In this document: in pieces, positions 45,801 through 56,482 of the stretch | Numbering within the stretch: the stretch's first letter is position 1 | How the letters are laid out: the number at the start of each line of letters is the position of its first letter | Assembly (NCBI GenBank): GCA_963823665.1 | Contig: CAWGMQ010000010.1 | Coordinates: forward strand, 2,496,001-2,560,000 | DNA from: an uncultured Planctomycetota bacterium | GTDB lineage: Bacteria; Planctomycetota; Planctomycetia; Isosphaerales; Isosphaeraceae | DNA length: 64,000 nucleotides | Direction: 5' to 3' | Translations under genes and position numbers: made by a program | The notes under the pieces: generated by a model | Databases searched by the model: none | Told to the model about the DNA's origin: nothing | What the model saw: only the letters and a program-made list of their open reading frames with translations

Positions 45801-48800
45801 GTGAAGCCCAATGGATTGGTCGAGCTCACGAGCCTGTTCGCCGCGTCATATCCCATCGAGGAACGATTGCCCAGCGGATCAACGGTGGCGACCAATCGAT
45901 TCCCATTGTCGAATACGCTGGACCAGATGTTGCCCACTGGATCGGTCCGACTAACGCGCCGGCTACCACCATCGTACCCGTACGAGGTCGTGCTACCGAC
46001 GGAGTTGATCGTCGCCAGGACTCGGCCGGCTTGGTCGTAGACCGCGGAGTCTCACATTGCCCAGCGGGTCCGTGTAGTTGACCGGCCGATTTGCTGCGTC
46101 AAACCCTATGGACGAAGTGTTGCCCAGCGGGTCGACCGATGTGCTTGGCCGGCCACCGCCGTCATACGTCGTGCTCCAGACGGCCCCGAGCGGATTTGTG
46201 AAGGCGATGGGATTGCCTGCATTATCATAACTATATGAGCTTGTGTTGCCCAGCGGATCGGTCGAGGCCGTCTTCCTTTGCAACGAGTCAAAGCTCGTGG
46301 TCCACACGTTCCCCAGCGGGTTTGTGGTCGCGATGGGCAGGTTTGCGGCGTTATACGTGAAGGTGTTTCGATTCAACAGCGGGTCAACCGAGGCGATCCG
46401 GCGGTATTGGGCGTCATAGACGCCCGTGGTCCGGTTGCCGAGCGGGTCCACCTGGGCCGTCATGTTGTTGGCCGCATCCCAAACATACGATGTCGTGTTG
46501 CCCAGGCCGTCGACGCGGGCAATGAGTTTGCTCATCCCGTCGTAGACAGCGGTGCCTATGGCTCCCAGCGGGTTGGTCGTGCTGATCAAGTTGCCGACTG
46601 CGTCATATGCATAACTCGTGGTGTTGCCGAGCGGATTTGTTTGGGCGATCAGCCTGCCACTTAAGTCGTAGCTCATGGACCAGATCGTGCCCAGCGGGGT
46701 CGTCACTGAGATCAATCGACTGTTGGCATCATATTGATAAGTCGTGTTGTTTCCGACTGGATCGATAAAATTGGTCAGCCGGTTGACCTGGTCGCTCAGA
46801 TAGGTCGCGACGGCGCCGAGCGGGTTCTGCACGGTCTGCAAGATGCCATTTGAGTTGTAGGTGTAACTCATGCGGTTGCCGAGTGAATTCACCAGGGCGA
46901 TTTGCCGGCCGAACGAGTCATAAACGAGCGTGACCAGTTGCCCGAGCGGGTTCTGCACCGATTGCAGTTGGCCCATGCTGGTGTAGGTGTACGACGTCGC
47001 GTTGCCCTGCGCGTCGATCGCGGCGCTGCGCTGGCCGGAGGCGTTCCACGTCAGCGTTGCCGTCGCGCCGAGCTGATCGGTGATCGAAGTGACCTGGCGC
47101 TCGAGTTAAAGTTGTACGTGAAGATGCCGCCCAGGGGCTGGGTGATGGAGTTGAGGTAACTCACCATGTTCGTCGCGTTCTGAAGGTAGCTGAACGTCGT
47201 CGTGTTTCCCAGGCCGTCGCCGATAGCGAGCAGATGGCCGGTACCGTCCCAGGAGTAACTCGTGATATTCCCGACGGCGTCGGTTGCGCCCAGCAAGGTT
47301 CCATTCGTGTCAAAACCGAGCGTTGCCACGTTCCCCAGCGGGTTCGTGACCGCCGAGAACGTCGTCCCCGGGATACGGGGTCGAAATCGCCCGCCGGTTA
47401 CAACACCGTTAACCAGCGTTGTCACGGCTCCGAGCGGCGAGGTGATCACCAGCCCCGATGCGTACGAGAAGCTCGTCCTGTCCCCGAGCGGGTTGATCCA
47501 GGAGGTCATCTGGTGGCTGCCGTTGTAGACCGCGCTGGTGATGCAGAGCTCCGGGCTGATCACCTGTGCGAGATCTCCTGAGCCGTTCACGGTCAATGTC
47601 GTGAGCCGCCCGAACGGGTCTTGAATGCTGATGATCTTGCCCGACGTCGCGTCGTAAGCGAACGTCGTGCGGCGGCCGGGTGGATCGGTCACGAAGCTGA
47701 CACGATTGCTGCCGTCGTAGGTGACGGTCCAGCGAGCGCCTGCGGGATTCTGGATGTACTGCAAGGACAGGACACCGCCCGACAGCGAGCCGTATTGAAA
47801 GATCGTGCCATCGGGCTGCGTCTCGGTGGCGGTGCTCGCGTTCATGGGAGCTTGCAGCGAGTTCGCTGTGCTGGCTGATGGCGAGCTGAAGCCTCCGAGC
47901 TGAGCGCGATTGTAAGGGAACGACTGGCCGGCGCCGGTGACGACGGTCAGCGTATGTGACGCCACCTGGACCTGGCGTTTGAATGTATGGAACTAGCCGG
48001 TGCCCAGCTCGTTCGAGGTCGCGATGTTCGTGCTGGAGTATGACAGCACCGGCGCAACGTAGAAGAGATCGCCCGCCGGAGGCGCGATCTGCATGGCCAC
48101 GCTGGGATTGGCGGGGTTGATCACACACTGCCCGCCTAGCGAGTTGCAGCCGCCGGCGGCGAACGTGAGCGGCGGAAGGGCACCGCTGCGGGCGATGCTG
48201 GGCATGTGGGCTGCACGCTGGAGCGCAGCCTGGCCGCCGCCGCCTGGTGTGAGCACGATCGGTGGCGCGCCACGTGCTCCATAGCCACCGCCGCGTCGGG
48301 CCATCGGGGCTCCGCCGTTCGGACCGCCGGGCGCGGCGCCGGTACCGTTACCGCCACCTGGGGGCACACATTGCCCGGGCTTCTCGCAAGGCCCGGTGCT
48401 TCCGGGGCCGCCGGGCGTTTGAATCGGGCTGGAGCTGACCGGGCCGGGGCCGCCTATCGGGCCGATCGGGCCGTTGGCTGGCGAGAGGATGATGCCACCG
48501 AATCGGCCGCCCGCTCCGCCGCCGCCGCCCTTGAGCGTCCAGATCGGCCCGCTGCCACTGCCCCCTCCGACGGGCGACGCGCCGTTGCCGCCAGCCCCGC
48601 CGCCGCCACCGCCGCAACCGCAGCCGGCACCCCCGCCATGGTACACCGGCCCGGGCAAAGGGGTCGGCCCGAGTGGAACATTGCCCGGCGTCAACTGGAT
48701 TGTGCCGCTGGGTGGAGGAGATAGCCCGCCGCCGCCAGGCGTGCCTCCGCCCTTCAAGATCGGGCCCGGGCTGAGCGTCAACCCATTGCCGCCGCCGCCC

Positions 48801-49052
48801 ATCGTGCCGCCGCCGGCCGTTCCACCGCCCGGCGTTGTTCCGCCGGTTCCGGTTCCCGTACCGGTTCCGCCGCCGCCGGTCGGCCCGCCACCGGCGGTGC
48901 AGCCAGAGCCCGGCCCTGGCCCGCAAGGCGCAACCAGGCTGCATTGCCCGAGAATTGCCAGTGGCGCAGCTTCCATTGCCGCCGGCCTCACCGGTGTTTC
49001 CCAGGGCGGGTGGATTCGGTTTGGTGTTGTCGGGCGTGAATACGTTGGCCAT
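42862..49052 (-). CDS. Rhs/YD-repeat protein with Gly/Pro-rich N-terminus and HExxH C-terminal domain (several frameshifts, one in-frame TAG)
   Basis: Consecutive ORFs with YDAxxRxxxxxDPLGN repeats, Rhs core end (YHARATVYDPVTGRFLS) and tip LLHELAHH. Confidence 0.88.
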
Positions 49053-49055
49053 GGC

Positions 49056-49580
49056 TCAACCCCGCTCTCCATGGGAGGCCGGACGTGTTACATTTGCCAG
49101 TGATTGCTCGAAAATCATTTCCTGCGTGATCTCTCGGAGGATTTCCTCCGCCCTTTCCATGCCGACGAATCGGGCGGCTTCGACCTTGAATGCCGTTGGT
49201 GTCATTGAGCGGGGTCGGTGCAGCTTCGGCGGCGGCCTTGTGCCCCAGATTCCGGTCGTTCCGGCGATGCCCATCTTGCCCTCACGCGTATCCGTGAACG
49301 TGATCTGTCCGCTCTTGTTTCGGTTCAGGCGAAAGCGAACCGGCTCGCGACCCGGTCGAAAAAACTCCACGACTTGCGACCGCACTGCAAACCGCTCAAT
49401 AAACTTGACCTTCCGGATCGTGCTGTAAACAAAACCGCGATTGCCCGGGATTCCGTGCTCGGCCAGCTCGGCAGCAGCCTTCGCTGCTTCATCCCCGTGA
49501 AGCTCGACGTCCACAACCCGCGCCACCCATGCGAGCCGGGCTTGCCATCGTGGCGCCGAGTGTTCGAGCTTCGTGGCCAT
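49056..49580 (-). CDS. Hypothetical protein directly upstream of Rhs
   Basis: 174-aa ORF ending 3 bp before the likely Rhs ATG at 49052. Confidence 0.55.
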   Translation of the reverse strand: MATKLEHSAPRWQARLAWVARVVDVELHGDEAAKAAAELAEHGIPGNRGFVYSTIRKVKFIERFAVRSQVVEFFRPGREPVRFRLNRNKSGQITFTDTREGKMGIAGTTGIWGTRPPPKLHRPRSMTPTAFKVEAARFVGMERAEEILREITQEMIFEQSLANVTRPASHGERG

Positions 49581-49590
49581 TGCAGCTTAC

Positions 49591-49610
49591 CCTATATATT
49601 AATATATAGG
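49591..49610. promoter_or_regulatory. Perfect 20-bp palindrome CCTATATATTAATATATAGG (putative operator)
   Basis: Self-complementary, AT-rich, 10 bp upstream of ATG 49580. Confidence 0.55.
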
Positions 49611-50023
49611 CGCATTTTCGCGCGGAATCTTGGTCCGCGACAACCGCGTTCATTTCACTGCCGGAAACAGGGGAACAACGAGATCGAATCACCAGAGCTC
49701 CGACGCTCGGCGCCCGATCGACCCATGTCACTTAAACGGCCACGACCGGAACCAGAATAGGCCCCCGCGGCAAACCCCGGCTTCCGTGCGAAGCCAGCCG
49801 CATTCCCGCGCGGACCCCCGCGCCACGAAACGATGTATCAACACATCTCAAGAAACTTTTAAATTGCTATTCTAAGCTTCTATTTTGGATATTACCTTCG
49901 GGCCCTAGGGTGTCAATGGGCCGCCGCCAATTCTTGGACGATTTCGCATTTTTTGCGGCGATGATGGGCTCGCCATGCAGCGATTGTGAAGTTTGTGTCG
50001 CAGCTTTTGGAGAACTGGGGTGT

Positions 50024-50531
50024 CTAGTAAGGGTTTAACGGGCCGTTGTTACGCGCCGGGTTCTCAGGCTTACCAGATTGCGAACTTGAAGCGTCCTTCT
50101 GCGCCGCCGCGGAAGGCGGGTTCCGGTCCGACGAATCCGCTTTCCTCACCTCAATTCGTTGGTTTGATCGGGGCCATTTCGCCAGCGCATCCTTGACGGC
50201 ACCGATTGCCAGCGCCGGGCAATGAAGCTTATTGGGCGGTATGCCGTTGAGGGCGTCGATGAGGTCTTGGGCCGTCAGCTCCCTGCACTGCGCGATCGTT
50301 CTGCCCTGGATGATCTCGGTCAGCATCGACCCGCTGGCGATTGTTGGACCGCAACCAATGGTGTGGTATTTTGCCGCTGCCGATTCGCTCGTCTTCGACT
50401 TTCAGATAGAGAATCATGAACGTGCCGCGACCCGGTGAACCGGCGTGGCCGGTCAGGTCGGCGTTTTCGATCACGCCGCCATTTCGGGGCGCCATGACGT
50501 GCTCGGTGAGGGTTTCGGACTACTTGCCCAT
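50024..50531 (-). pseudogene. IscU/NifU-like Fe-S scaffold protein, disrupted
   Basis: MGK*SETLTEHVMAPRNGG...; after frameshifts MLTEIIQGRTI...LNGIPPNKLHCPALA. Confidence 0.7.
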
Positions 50532-50580
50532 TGCCGGCTACTCACAGTTGCGGAAAACGATCAGCCCAATAGAGCCGGGC

Positions 50581-50934
50581 TCAACCCTCTCGATGCTCGC
50601 GGCACAGGTAGAGATAGACTGGTCGGCCGAATTTCACTGCCGGCCGCACTTCGCCGCTCTGGGGATCCGGCTCGACCACGAGATAGCGCACGGGGTTGTC
50701 GCGGAACAGCTCGGTCGTACCGTCCGGCTGGATGACGACGTACAGGCCCCGTGCGCGGTCGTGAGCGAAGGAAAATTGCCTGGGAGCTTCTCGAGCCTCG
50801 TACGTAAAAGTGACGACTCCCGGCGTCGCCTCGAAGACAGGGGCCGGCCATCTCGCCGGCTCGTCGGCCCTGGCTGGATCGGGCTGGCGGGGGGTTTCGG
50901 CGTCGAATTCGGAATTCATTGGGGGCACCTCCAA
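50581..50934 (-). CDS. Hypothetical protein
   Basis: 117-aa ORF; GGAGG precedes an internal ATG (MNSEF). Confidence 0.45.
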   Translation of the reverse strand: MEVPPMNSEFDAETPRQPDPARADEPARWPAPVFEATPGVVTFTYEAREAPRQFSFAHDRARGLYVVIQPDGTTELFRDNPVRYLVVEPDPQSGEVRPAVKFGRPVYLYLCREHREG

Positions 50935-51063
50935 AGAAACGGGACAGCAGAACGTGTGTGAGAACGAAACATCGTGCTAACAGCTCCAGAGGCATGCCAT
51001 CACGAGCGTTTCTCAGAGAGCCGCAAACTCTCGTCAACACTGACCGGGCCCCGGTCTCCGTCC

Positions 51064-51278
51064 CTACGGGACAATTAAAGTACTTGGCATGCGCGTCCGC
51101 AGTAATCGGGCTCCATTGTCGGTGAGTCCGGTGTGCGAGATATTCAACGTTTTCAGCGACGCGAATCTGGTCAAGTCACGGGCGCAAGCGTCTGTGAGCC
51201 GTGTGTTTAATGAAAGGTCTAGATACTCCAGTCGCTTCAGCGCACCCAGTCTCCTCAAACCGCTACCCGTAATCGTAA
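51064..51278 (-). pseudogene. Leucine-rich-repeat protein C-terminus interrupted by IS5
   Basis: ITGSGLRRLGALKRLEYLDLSLNTRLTD...LKTLNISHTGLTDNG. Confidence 0.7.
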
Positions 51279-52493
51279 GGGCGCTTCTATAAACCAATTT
51301 ACTTTTCATATCAGGCTGTTGTACTAATGAGCATGACGTTACAGGAGGTTATATGGCATCGCAACGTGGATTTCTTGACATGGAGCATCGTTACAAGAAG
51401 CTGGATGAGACGCGGGATTTCTTGAAACGGATCAATGCGATTGTGGATTGGGAGTTATTTCGTCCGACGCTTGACGCGGCGTTGAAGCGCTCGGATCGCA
51501 AGGCTGGCGGTCGTCCTCCGCATGATTGCGTGTTGATGTTTCGCGTGTTGGTGTTGCAGGCGTTGTACAATTTGAGCGACGAACAGACGGAATACCAGAT
51601 TCTGGATCGTCTCAGTTTCATGCAATTTTTGGGTCTGGCTGTGCATGACACGGTGCCGGACGCGCGGACTATTTGGGCGTTTCGTGAGGCGCTGATTGCG
51701 GCTGAGGCGGTTGAAAAGCTGTTCAACCGATTCGACGCCATGCTGGCTGCGCATGGGTTTGCGGCAAGCGGCGGACAGATTGTGGACGCGACGTTTGTGG
51801 AGGTTCCGCGTCAGCGGAACAGGCGCGAGGAAAACGACGCCATCAAAAAAGGCAGCGTTCCTGCGGATTGGAGCGATAAAAAGATCGCGCACAAAGATGT
51901 CGATGCACGCTGGGCTAAAAAGAATGACGTGACGTTTTTTGGTTATAAAAATCACGCGAATGTTGACCGCAAACATAAGCTGATCCGGCGTTACCGCGTG
52001 ACTGACGCCAGTGTGCACGACTCGCAGGAACTGGATAACGTGCTCGATAAAACGCTGGGAGATGACGTGTGGGCCGACAGTGCCTATCGCTCGGAGGCTC
52101 AGGAAATCAGGCTTTCCGAGGCGGGTTTCGTATCGCATATTCATGAGCGGGCCTACCGCGGCAACCCCTTAAGCGAGGCACAGAAAGCCGCCAACACCGA
52201 GAAATCCAGGGTGCGCGTCCGTGGCGAACACGTCTTCGGACACATCGCCAATTCCATGAACGGCTGCTATGTGCGCACCATCGGGCTTGCCCGCGCCAAA
52301 GCAAAAATAGGGATGGAATGCCTCGCTTACAATATCTCCCGCTTCACCTTCCTCATGCGTAGCCCGCAAGGCGTAACCGCGTCCTGATCCAGGAAAAATA
52401 AGGAAAATGACCGGAAATTTTATCAATACCAAAATACGATTCCTGAAATAGTCCCTTCACATCACAAAAAAAATCGCGTTTTTAGAAGTGCCC
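51279..52493 (+). mobile_element. IS5-family insertion sequence (1215 bp)
   Basis: Inverted repeats GGGCGCTTCTATAAAC / GTTTTTAGAAGTGCCC (14/16); 4-bp target duplication GTAA at 51275 and 52494. Confidence 0.92.
51353..52387 (+). CDS. IS5-family transposase
   Basis: GGRPP, YNLSDEQTE, IVDAT, FGYKNH, WADSAY, RVRGEHVFG. Confidence 0.95.
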   Translation: MASQRGFLDMEHRYKKLDETRDFLKRINAIVDWELFRPTLDAALKRSDRKAGGRPPHDCVLMFRVLVLQALYNLSDEQTEYQILDRLSFMQFLGLAVHDTVPDARTIWAFREALIAAEAVEKLFNRFDAMLAAHGFAASGGQIVDATFVEVPRQRNRREENDAIKKGSVPADWSDKKIAHKDVDARWAKKNDVTFFGYKNHANVDRKHKLIRRYRVTDASVHDSQELDNVLDKTLGDDVWADSAYRSEAQEIRLSEAGFVSHIHERAYRGNPLSEAQKAANTEKSRVRVRGEHVFGHIANSMNGCYVRTIGLARAKAKIGMECLAYNISRFTFLMRSPQGVTAS

Positions 52494-52582
52494 GTAAGCG
52501 TTCGAGATAACCAGTCTTGCAGCGTCGGGTAGCCTGCAAAGCGGACCAACCCATCCCTTTCCAGGAGACCACCCGATGGCAA

Positions 52583-52633
52583 GAACCCCCGCACCCAAGC
52601 GCCATGCCCTGTGGCGCTTGGGTGCGGGGGTTC
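52583..52633. repeat. Perfect 22-bp-stem hairpin (REP-like)
   Basis: GAACCCCCGCACCCAAGCGCCA-tgccctg-TGGCGCTTGGGTGCGGGGGTTC. Confidence 0.8.
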
Positions 52634-52950
52634 GTCGGCCATTTTGATATTCGCCCGACCGAGGTCTTATTACAGCCGGGATTGCCTCGAACAACTCGAC
52701 CTCATCGAGGTAAAGGCCGCGCCGAACCGTGCTGTCCGGAAGGGTTTGCCACCCTCGCGGTCAAGGGCGCTCGCTTCGCAGCTTCCGTGCTCCTTCGTCG
52801 CGTGTGCAGCCGCTACGCTCGACCCTCTACGGGCTGCGCCTGACCGCTTCACCCGGATTCTATTCCAGCTCTGCCCTTCGTGCTGAGTGATGACAGCGAT
52901 TGCTGATCACTCAGCCTTTTCTACCCGGACCCAAACGAAGGACAGAACCC

Positions 52951-53208
52951 ATGACCACGCCTTTCCGAGTCGATGACGCACCCATTATCCGCCTCGCCTG
53001 TGCCGCCTGCGACCGCGACGATATGGACGGCATCACGCCCGAACGGCTCGAGCAGGCCAAGGCCGAGGGATGGACAGGCATCGAAGAGGTGCAGAGTTAC
53101 GACGACTCGATGCTCACCTGCGACAACCCCGATGACGCACCTCCGGGATTCGATGTCACCGCGTGGTATACGCATCTCGGGACGTGCCCGGATTGTCAGG
53201 AGGATTGA
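52951..53208 (+). CDS. Small acidic protein with two CxxC motifs
   Basis: CAAC...CPDC; GAAGGA upstream of the ATG. Confidence 0.55.
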   Translation: MTTPFRVDDAPIIRLACAACDRDDMDGITPERLEQAKAEGWTGIEEVQSYDDSMLTCDNPDDAPPGFDVTAWYTHLGTCPDCQED

Positions 53209-53437
53209 TTGAAAACCGGGGGCAAGGAAGCCCCATTTTCGATGAGTTCTTGTTCGCCGAGGCTCACAGGAAGCCAGCCAGCATCGACCGGATCAAGGAG
53301 ATGCTCCCGCCCGACGTTCGGTACATCTGCGTCCGCCCGCCGACATAGGCGGCGGGGATATGCAAAAACACCCATAATGCGCTTGCCTTTTGGCAAAAGA
53401 TCGACTAGTATAGACTAGTCAATGGAAGGAGGCCATT

Positions 53438-53689
53438 ATGGAAACTGTTGGATCATACCAAGCCAAAACGCATTTGCCCCAGTTGCTCGAACGGGTTGAA
53501 CATGGCGAAACGTTTACCATTACGCGTCACGGTAAACCCATTGCGCGCCTTCTTCCCGCTACGGCTGCGGTTGAGCAGCCTGGCATTGCCGATGCAATCG
53601 CCGCGATGAAGCGCTTCCAGGAGGATGAAGCCCCTTCCCTAGGCACTAATCTTTCGATCCGCCATCTCATCAATGAAAACCGCCGCTAG
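53438..53689 (+). CDS. Phd/YefM-family antitoxin
   Basis: AKTHLPQLLERVEHGETFTITRHGKPIARL; palindrome GACTAGTATAGACTAGTC at 53403-53420. Confidence 0.92.
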   Translation: METVGSYQAKTHLPQLLERVEHGETFTITRHGKPIARLLPATAAVEQPGIADAIAAMKRFQEDEAPSLGTNLSIRHLINENRR

Positions 53690-53696
53690 GTAGGTC

Positions 53697-54149
53697 GTGC
53701 GAACCGCCGACGGAACCGAAACCCTGGTCATTGATTGCTCGCTAACGATGGCCTGGTACTTCAAGGACGAAGCCACCCCCTACACTAACGCCGTCCGCGC
53801 CGCGATGGCCGCCGAGCGTGCCATCGTTCCCGCGATCTGGGCGCTGGAGGTAGCCAACGTCCTGATCATGGGCGAACGTCGCAAACGCTCAACACAGGCC
53901 AATGCGGCCAAGTGGCTCCGCTTCCTGTCGGCGTTGCCAATAACCATCGACACCGACACACCGTTTCGTGCTTTTGATCCCATGCTTGATCTTGCCCGCC
54001 TGCATAAGCTCACCGCCTACGACACCGCCTACCTTGAGCTCGCCATTCGTCTCGGATTGCCTCTGGCCACGCTTGACGGGGATCTCGAAAAAGCGGCCAC
54101 CGCCAGTGGCGTGCTCATCTACGATCCCGAGCTGAAAGGCGCGGCGTGA
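53697..54149 (+). CDS. vapC: VapC PIN-domain toxin
   Basis: VIDCS, EVANVL, LTAYDTAYLELA, LATLD. Confidence 0.92.
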   Translation: MRTADGTETLVIDCSLTMAWYFKDEATPYTNAVRAAMAAERAIVPAIWALEVANVLIMGERRKRSTQANAAKWLRFLSALPITIDTDTPFRAFDPMLDLARLHKLTAYDTAYLELAIRLGLPLATLDGDLEKAATASGVLIYDPELKGAA

Positions 54150-54457
54150 GCGAAGCAGCCCCCTTCCCGTTCCATCGACGATTTAGGCACTCTGGCTTCG
54201 CCGGCCTGAGCTTCAGGACTCGCTAAACGCTCCTCCTGATGTGCCCCAGGCTACGAGATGCGTATTCTGGCTCCTAGCGTGTTTCGCAGGCGTAGAACAC
54301 TGGAGTCGCGGCGTATCCACGGCTATCCGGATACGCGCGCGCGAACCTACCGCCAAGCCAGGCGGTCTTTCTTGGTGTACAATTGCACTAGATCACCCGA
54401 AGTGTGCGTCACGCTGTCCCCGTGCCGGCCACGTTCGAGCCCAAGTAGAGCGCACAG

Positions 54458-55510
54458 ATGGACAAACCGCTGAATCCCAATCTCGCGCGACGGCTGAACT
54501 TCTATCGCCTGGATTTTGAGCAAGTCACAGGAAAGCCCTTCAAACACTTTCACTGTCCGATCCTAGGGGTTGACAAGCCGGCTGAGCTGATACGGGGACA
54601 CGTCGTCAACCGGGCTTTCAAAGACGCTCCCCGTGCCTGGGTCGTTCAGCGCAGCGACGTCGACAACTTCTACGGCTCTCACTTCGAATCGGGATTCGAG
54701 CTGCTCCAATATCGGGACGGACTGACACCCGTCGCAATGTTCACTGACCAGACACTCTCCAAAAAACTGAGGCCGAGCATCCGGATTGACGGCAAGCCCG
54801 TAGTGTTCACCTCGCAACCATCGCAGCTCCCGGGCACGTTTGTCCGAGTCGAGCTGGGCAAAGGTCCGAACGCCCCGGCTATCGGCATAAGGATGAATCA
54901 TCAGGAGATGATCGAGTCTGCCAGCAAGCAGTGGGCACTCGCCATGTTGACCGACGTGAGAATTCCCGCGTTGGTATCGCTACTCAAGGCCGCCCACCTG
55001 ACCCTGTTCCATATTCTCGGCTACCGCTACGCCCTGTCCGCCGCCGGACTGTATCTCGGCCCGGACATGCTCGGACGTTTCTATAGGATGAACGCGGGGC
55101 GCGACAAGCAGGAAATCCAGGACAATGCATGGTCGTATTTCCGCGAATTCGCAACAATGTTTCGCCCAATCGTCAGAGGTGCGGGACAGGTAGGCACCCT
55201 CACCGACCGCAAGCACCTCGTTTGCCATACGACAAGCGGCGAGATTTGGGCGCAGATCGTTGTCGTGAATGCCGGCTACCAGATGCACGCGGTCATGATC
55301 CCGGAGTTCAGCTCCGCCGATTTGGCGCACACGTTCCTAAACTTTCTCGACAACGACAACGAACAGATCCAGGTCTCCACCGCCGAATATGACCGCCGTG
55401 ACGAGCGACGGGTGATCATCTCCGACCGGATGCAACACCTCTGGCCGAAACGTGGGTTTCTCTATCCCCAAAGTCCCGAGCCGCTGCGCTTCCCGGATGA
55501 TTCTAAGTGA
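54458..55510 (+). CDS. Hypothetical protein, possible His-Me/HNH-like N-terminus
   Basis: 350-aa ORF; HCPIL...GHVV...DNFYG. Confidence 0.6.
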   Translation: MDKPLNPNLARRLNFYRLDFEQVTGKPFKHFHCPILGVDKPAELIRGHVVNRAFKDAPRAWVVQRSDVDNFYGSHFESGFELLQYRDGLTPVAMFTDQTLSKKLRPSIRIDGKPVVFTSQPSQLPGTFVRVELGKGPNAPAIGIRMNHQEMIESASKQWALAMLTDVRIPALVSLLKAAHLTLFHILGYRYALSAAGLYLGPDMLGRFYRMNAGRDKQEIQDNAWSYFREFATMFRPIVRGAGQVGTLTDRKHLVCHTTSGEIWAQIVVVNAGYQMHAVMIPEFSSADLAHTFLNFLDNDNEQIQVSTAEYDRRDERRVIISDRMQHLWPKRGFLYPQSPEPLRFPDDSK

Positions 55511-55537
55511 TTAGTTTGATCGCCCCCACCCAGGACT

Positions 55538-55790
55538 CTTTCTTTCCATACAGACAGACTTCTTTCGTGCCTTAAGCCTTTCATCCCATCTTTCTTGCTT
55601 GCAAGAAACACATAAAGTTTCCCTGAAAGCTTGCATTTCTTCTTTCACGCCATCCTCCTGACTTTCTTGCTTTCCTACAGTCTTGCTTTCATTCCATCAC
55701 TCAGGTATTCATACTTTCATGAAACGGTGAGAGCAGGAAATCCAGAAACAATGACTTATTGAAATAATTCTTGCGATCATGAAAGAAGTG
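55538..55790. promoter_or_regulatory. Candidate par centromere/operator (CTTTC/TCTTGC repeats)
   Basis: Dense short repeats and an inverted repeat TTTCTTGC-tt-GCAAGAAA (55591-55608) directly upstream of parA. Confidence 0.55.
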
Positions 55791-55806
55791 TTGTAATCAG
55801 GCAAGC

Positions 55807-56469
55807 ATGATCATCGCAATTGCCAATTCCAAGGGAGGTGTCGGTAAATCGACACTCGCCGTCCATCTCGCAGCTTGGTTGCACGAGCAGGGGCACAAGG
55901 TGACCCTGGCCGACTGCGATACCCAGCACTCTTCATCGGAATGGATACGGGAGGCAGTCCCGGAGATCAAAGCCGTGCCGTTAGCTAACCCCGACGTCAT
56001 CCTTAACGAGTTGCCATTGCTCGACCAGGACGCCGATTTCGTTGTCGCCGACGGTCCCGGCAGCCTCACCGAGACCAGCCGGGCGTTATTGTTGCGCGCC
56101 GACCTAGGCATCGTTCCTTGCAAAGCCAGCATGCTCGAAGTCCGTGCTCTGGCGAAGGCAACGGAGGTGCTCCGGCAAGCCCAGGATATTAGGGGCGGTG
56201 TACCGAAGGCCGTCATCGTGCTCAGCATGGTCGGCAAGAACTATCGTCTCACTCAGGACATGAAGGATGCGGCGGTGGCGCTCGATCTGCCGCTTGCGTC
56301 CAATGCGATGATCCTCCGGCAGATCTATGCCGACGCGCCTGGGCAGGGCGCTGTCGTCTGGAAACTGGGATCGCGCGCTTACGAGGCCACCAAGGAGATC
56401 AACCAGCTCTTCCGCGAAATCCTGCCCGAGGCGTGCCGCAGGAAGACGAAAAAAGCCGCATCAGCGTAA
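55807..56469 (+). CDS. parA: Short plasmid-type ParA ATPase
   Basis: Deviant Walker A KGGVGKST, DCDTQ, VADGPG. Confidence 0.93.
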   Translation: MIIAIANSKGGVGKSTLAVHLAAWLHEQGHKVTLADCDTQHSSSEWIREAVPEIKAVPLANPDVILNELPLLDQDADFVVADGPGSLTETSRALLLRADLGIVPCKASMLEVRALAKATEVLRQAQDIRGGVPKAVIVLSMVGKNYRLTQDMKDAAVALDLPLASNAMILRQIYADAPGQGAVVWKLGSRAYEATKEINQLFREILPEACRRKTKKAASA

Positions 56470-56482
56470 CGAGGAGGATCGC

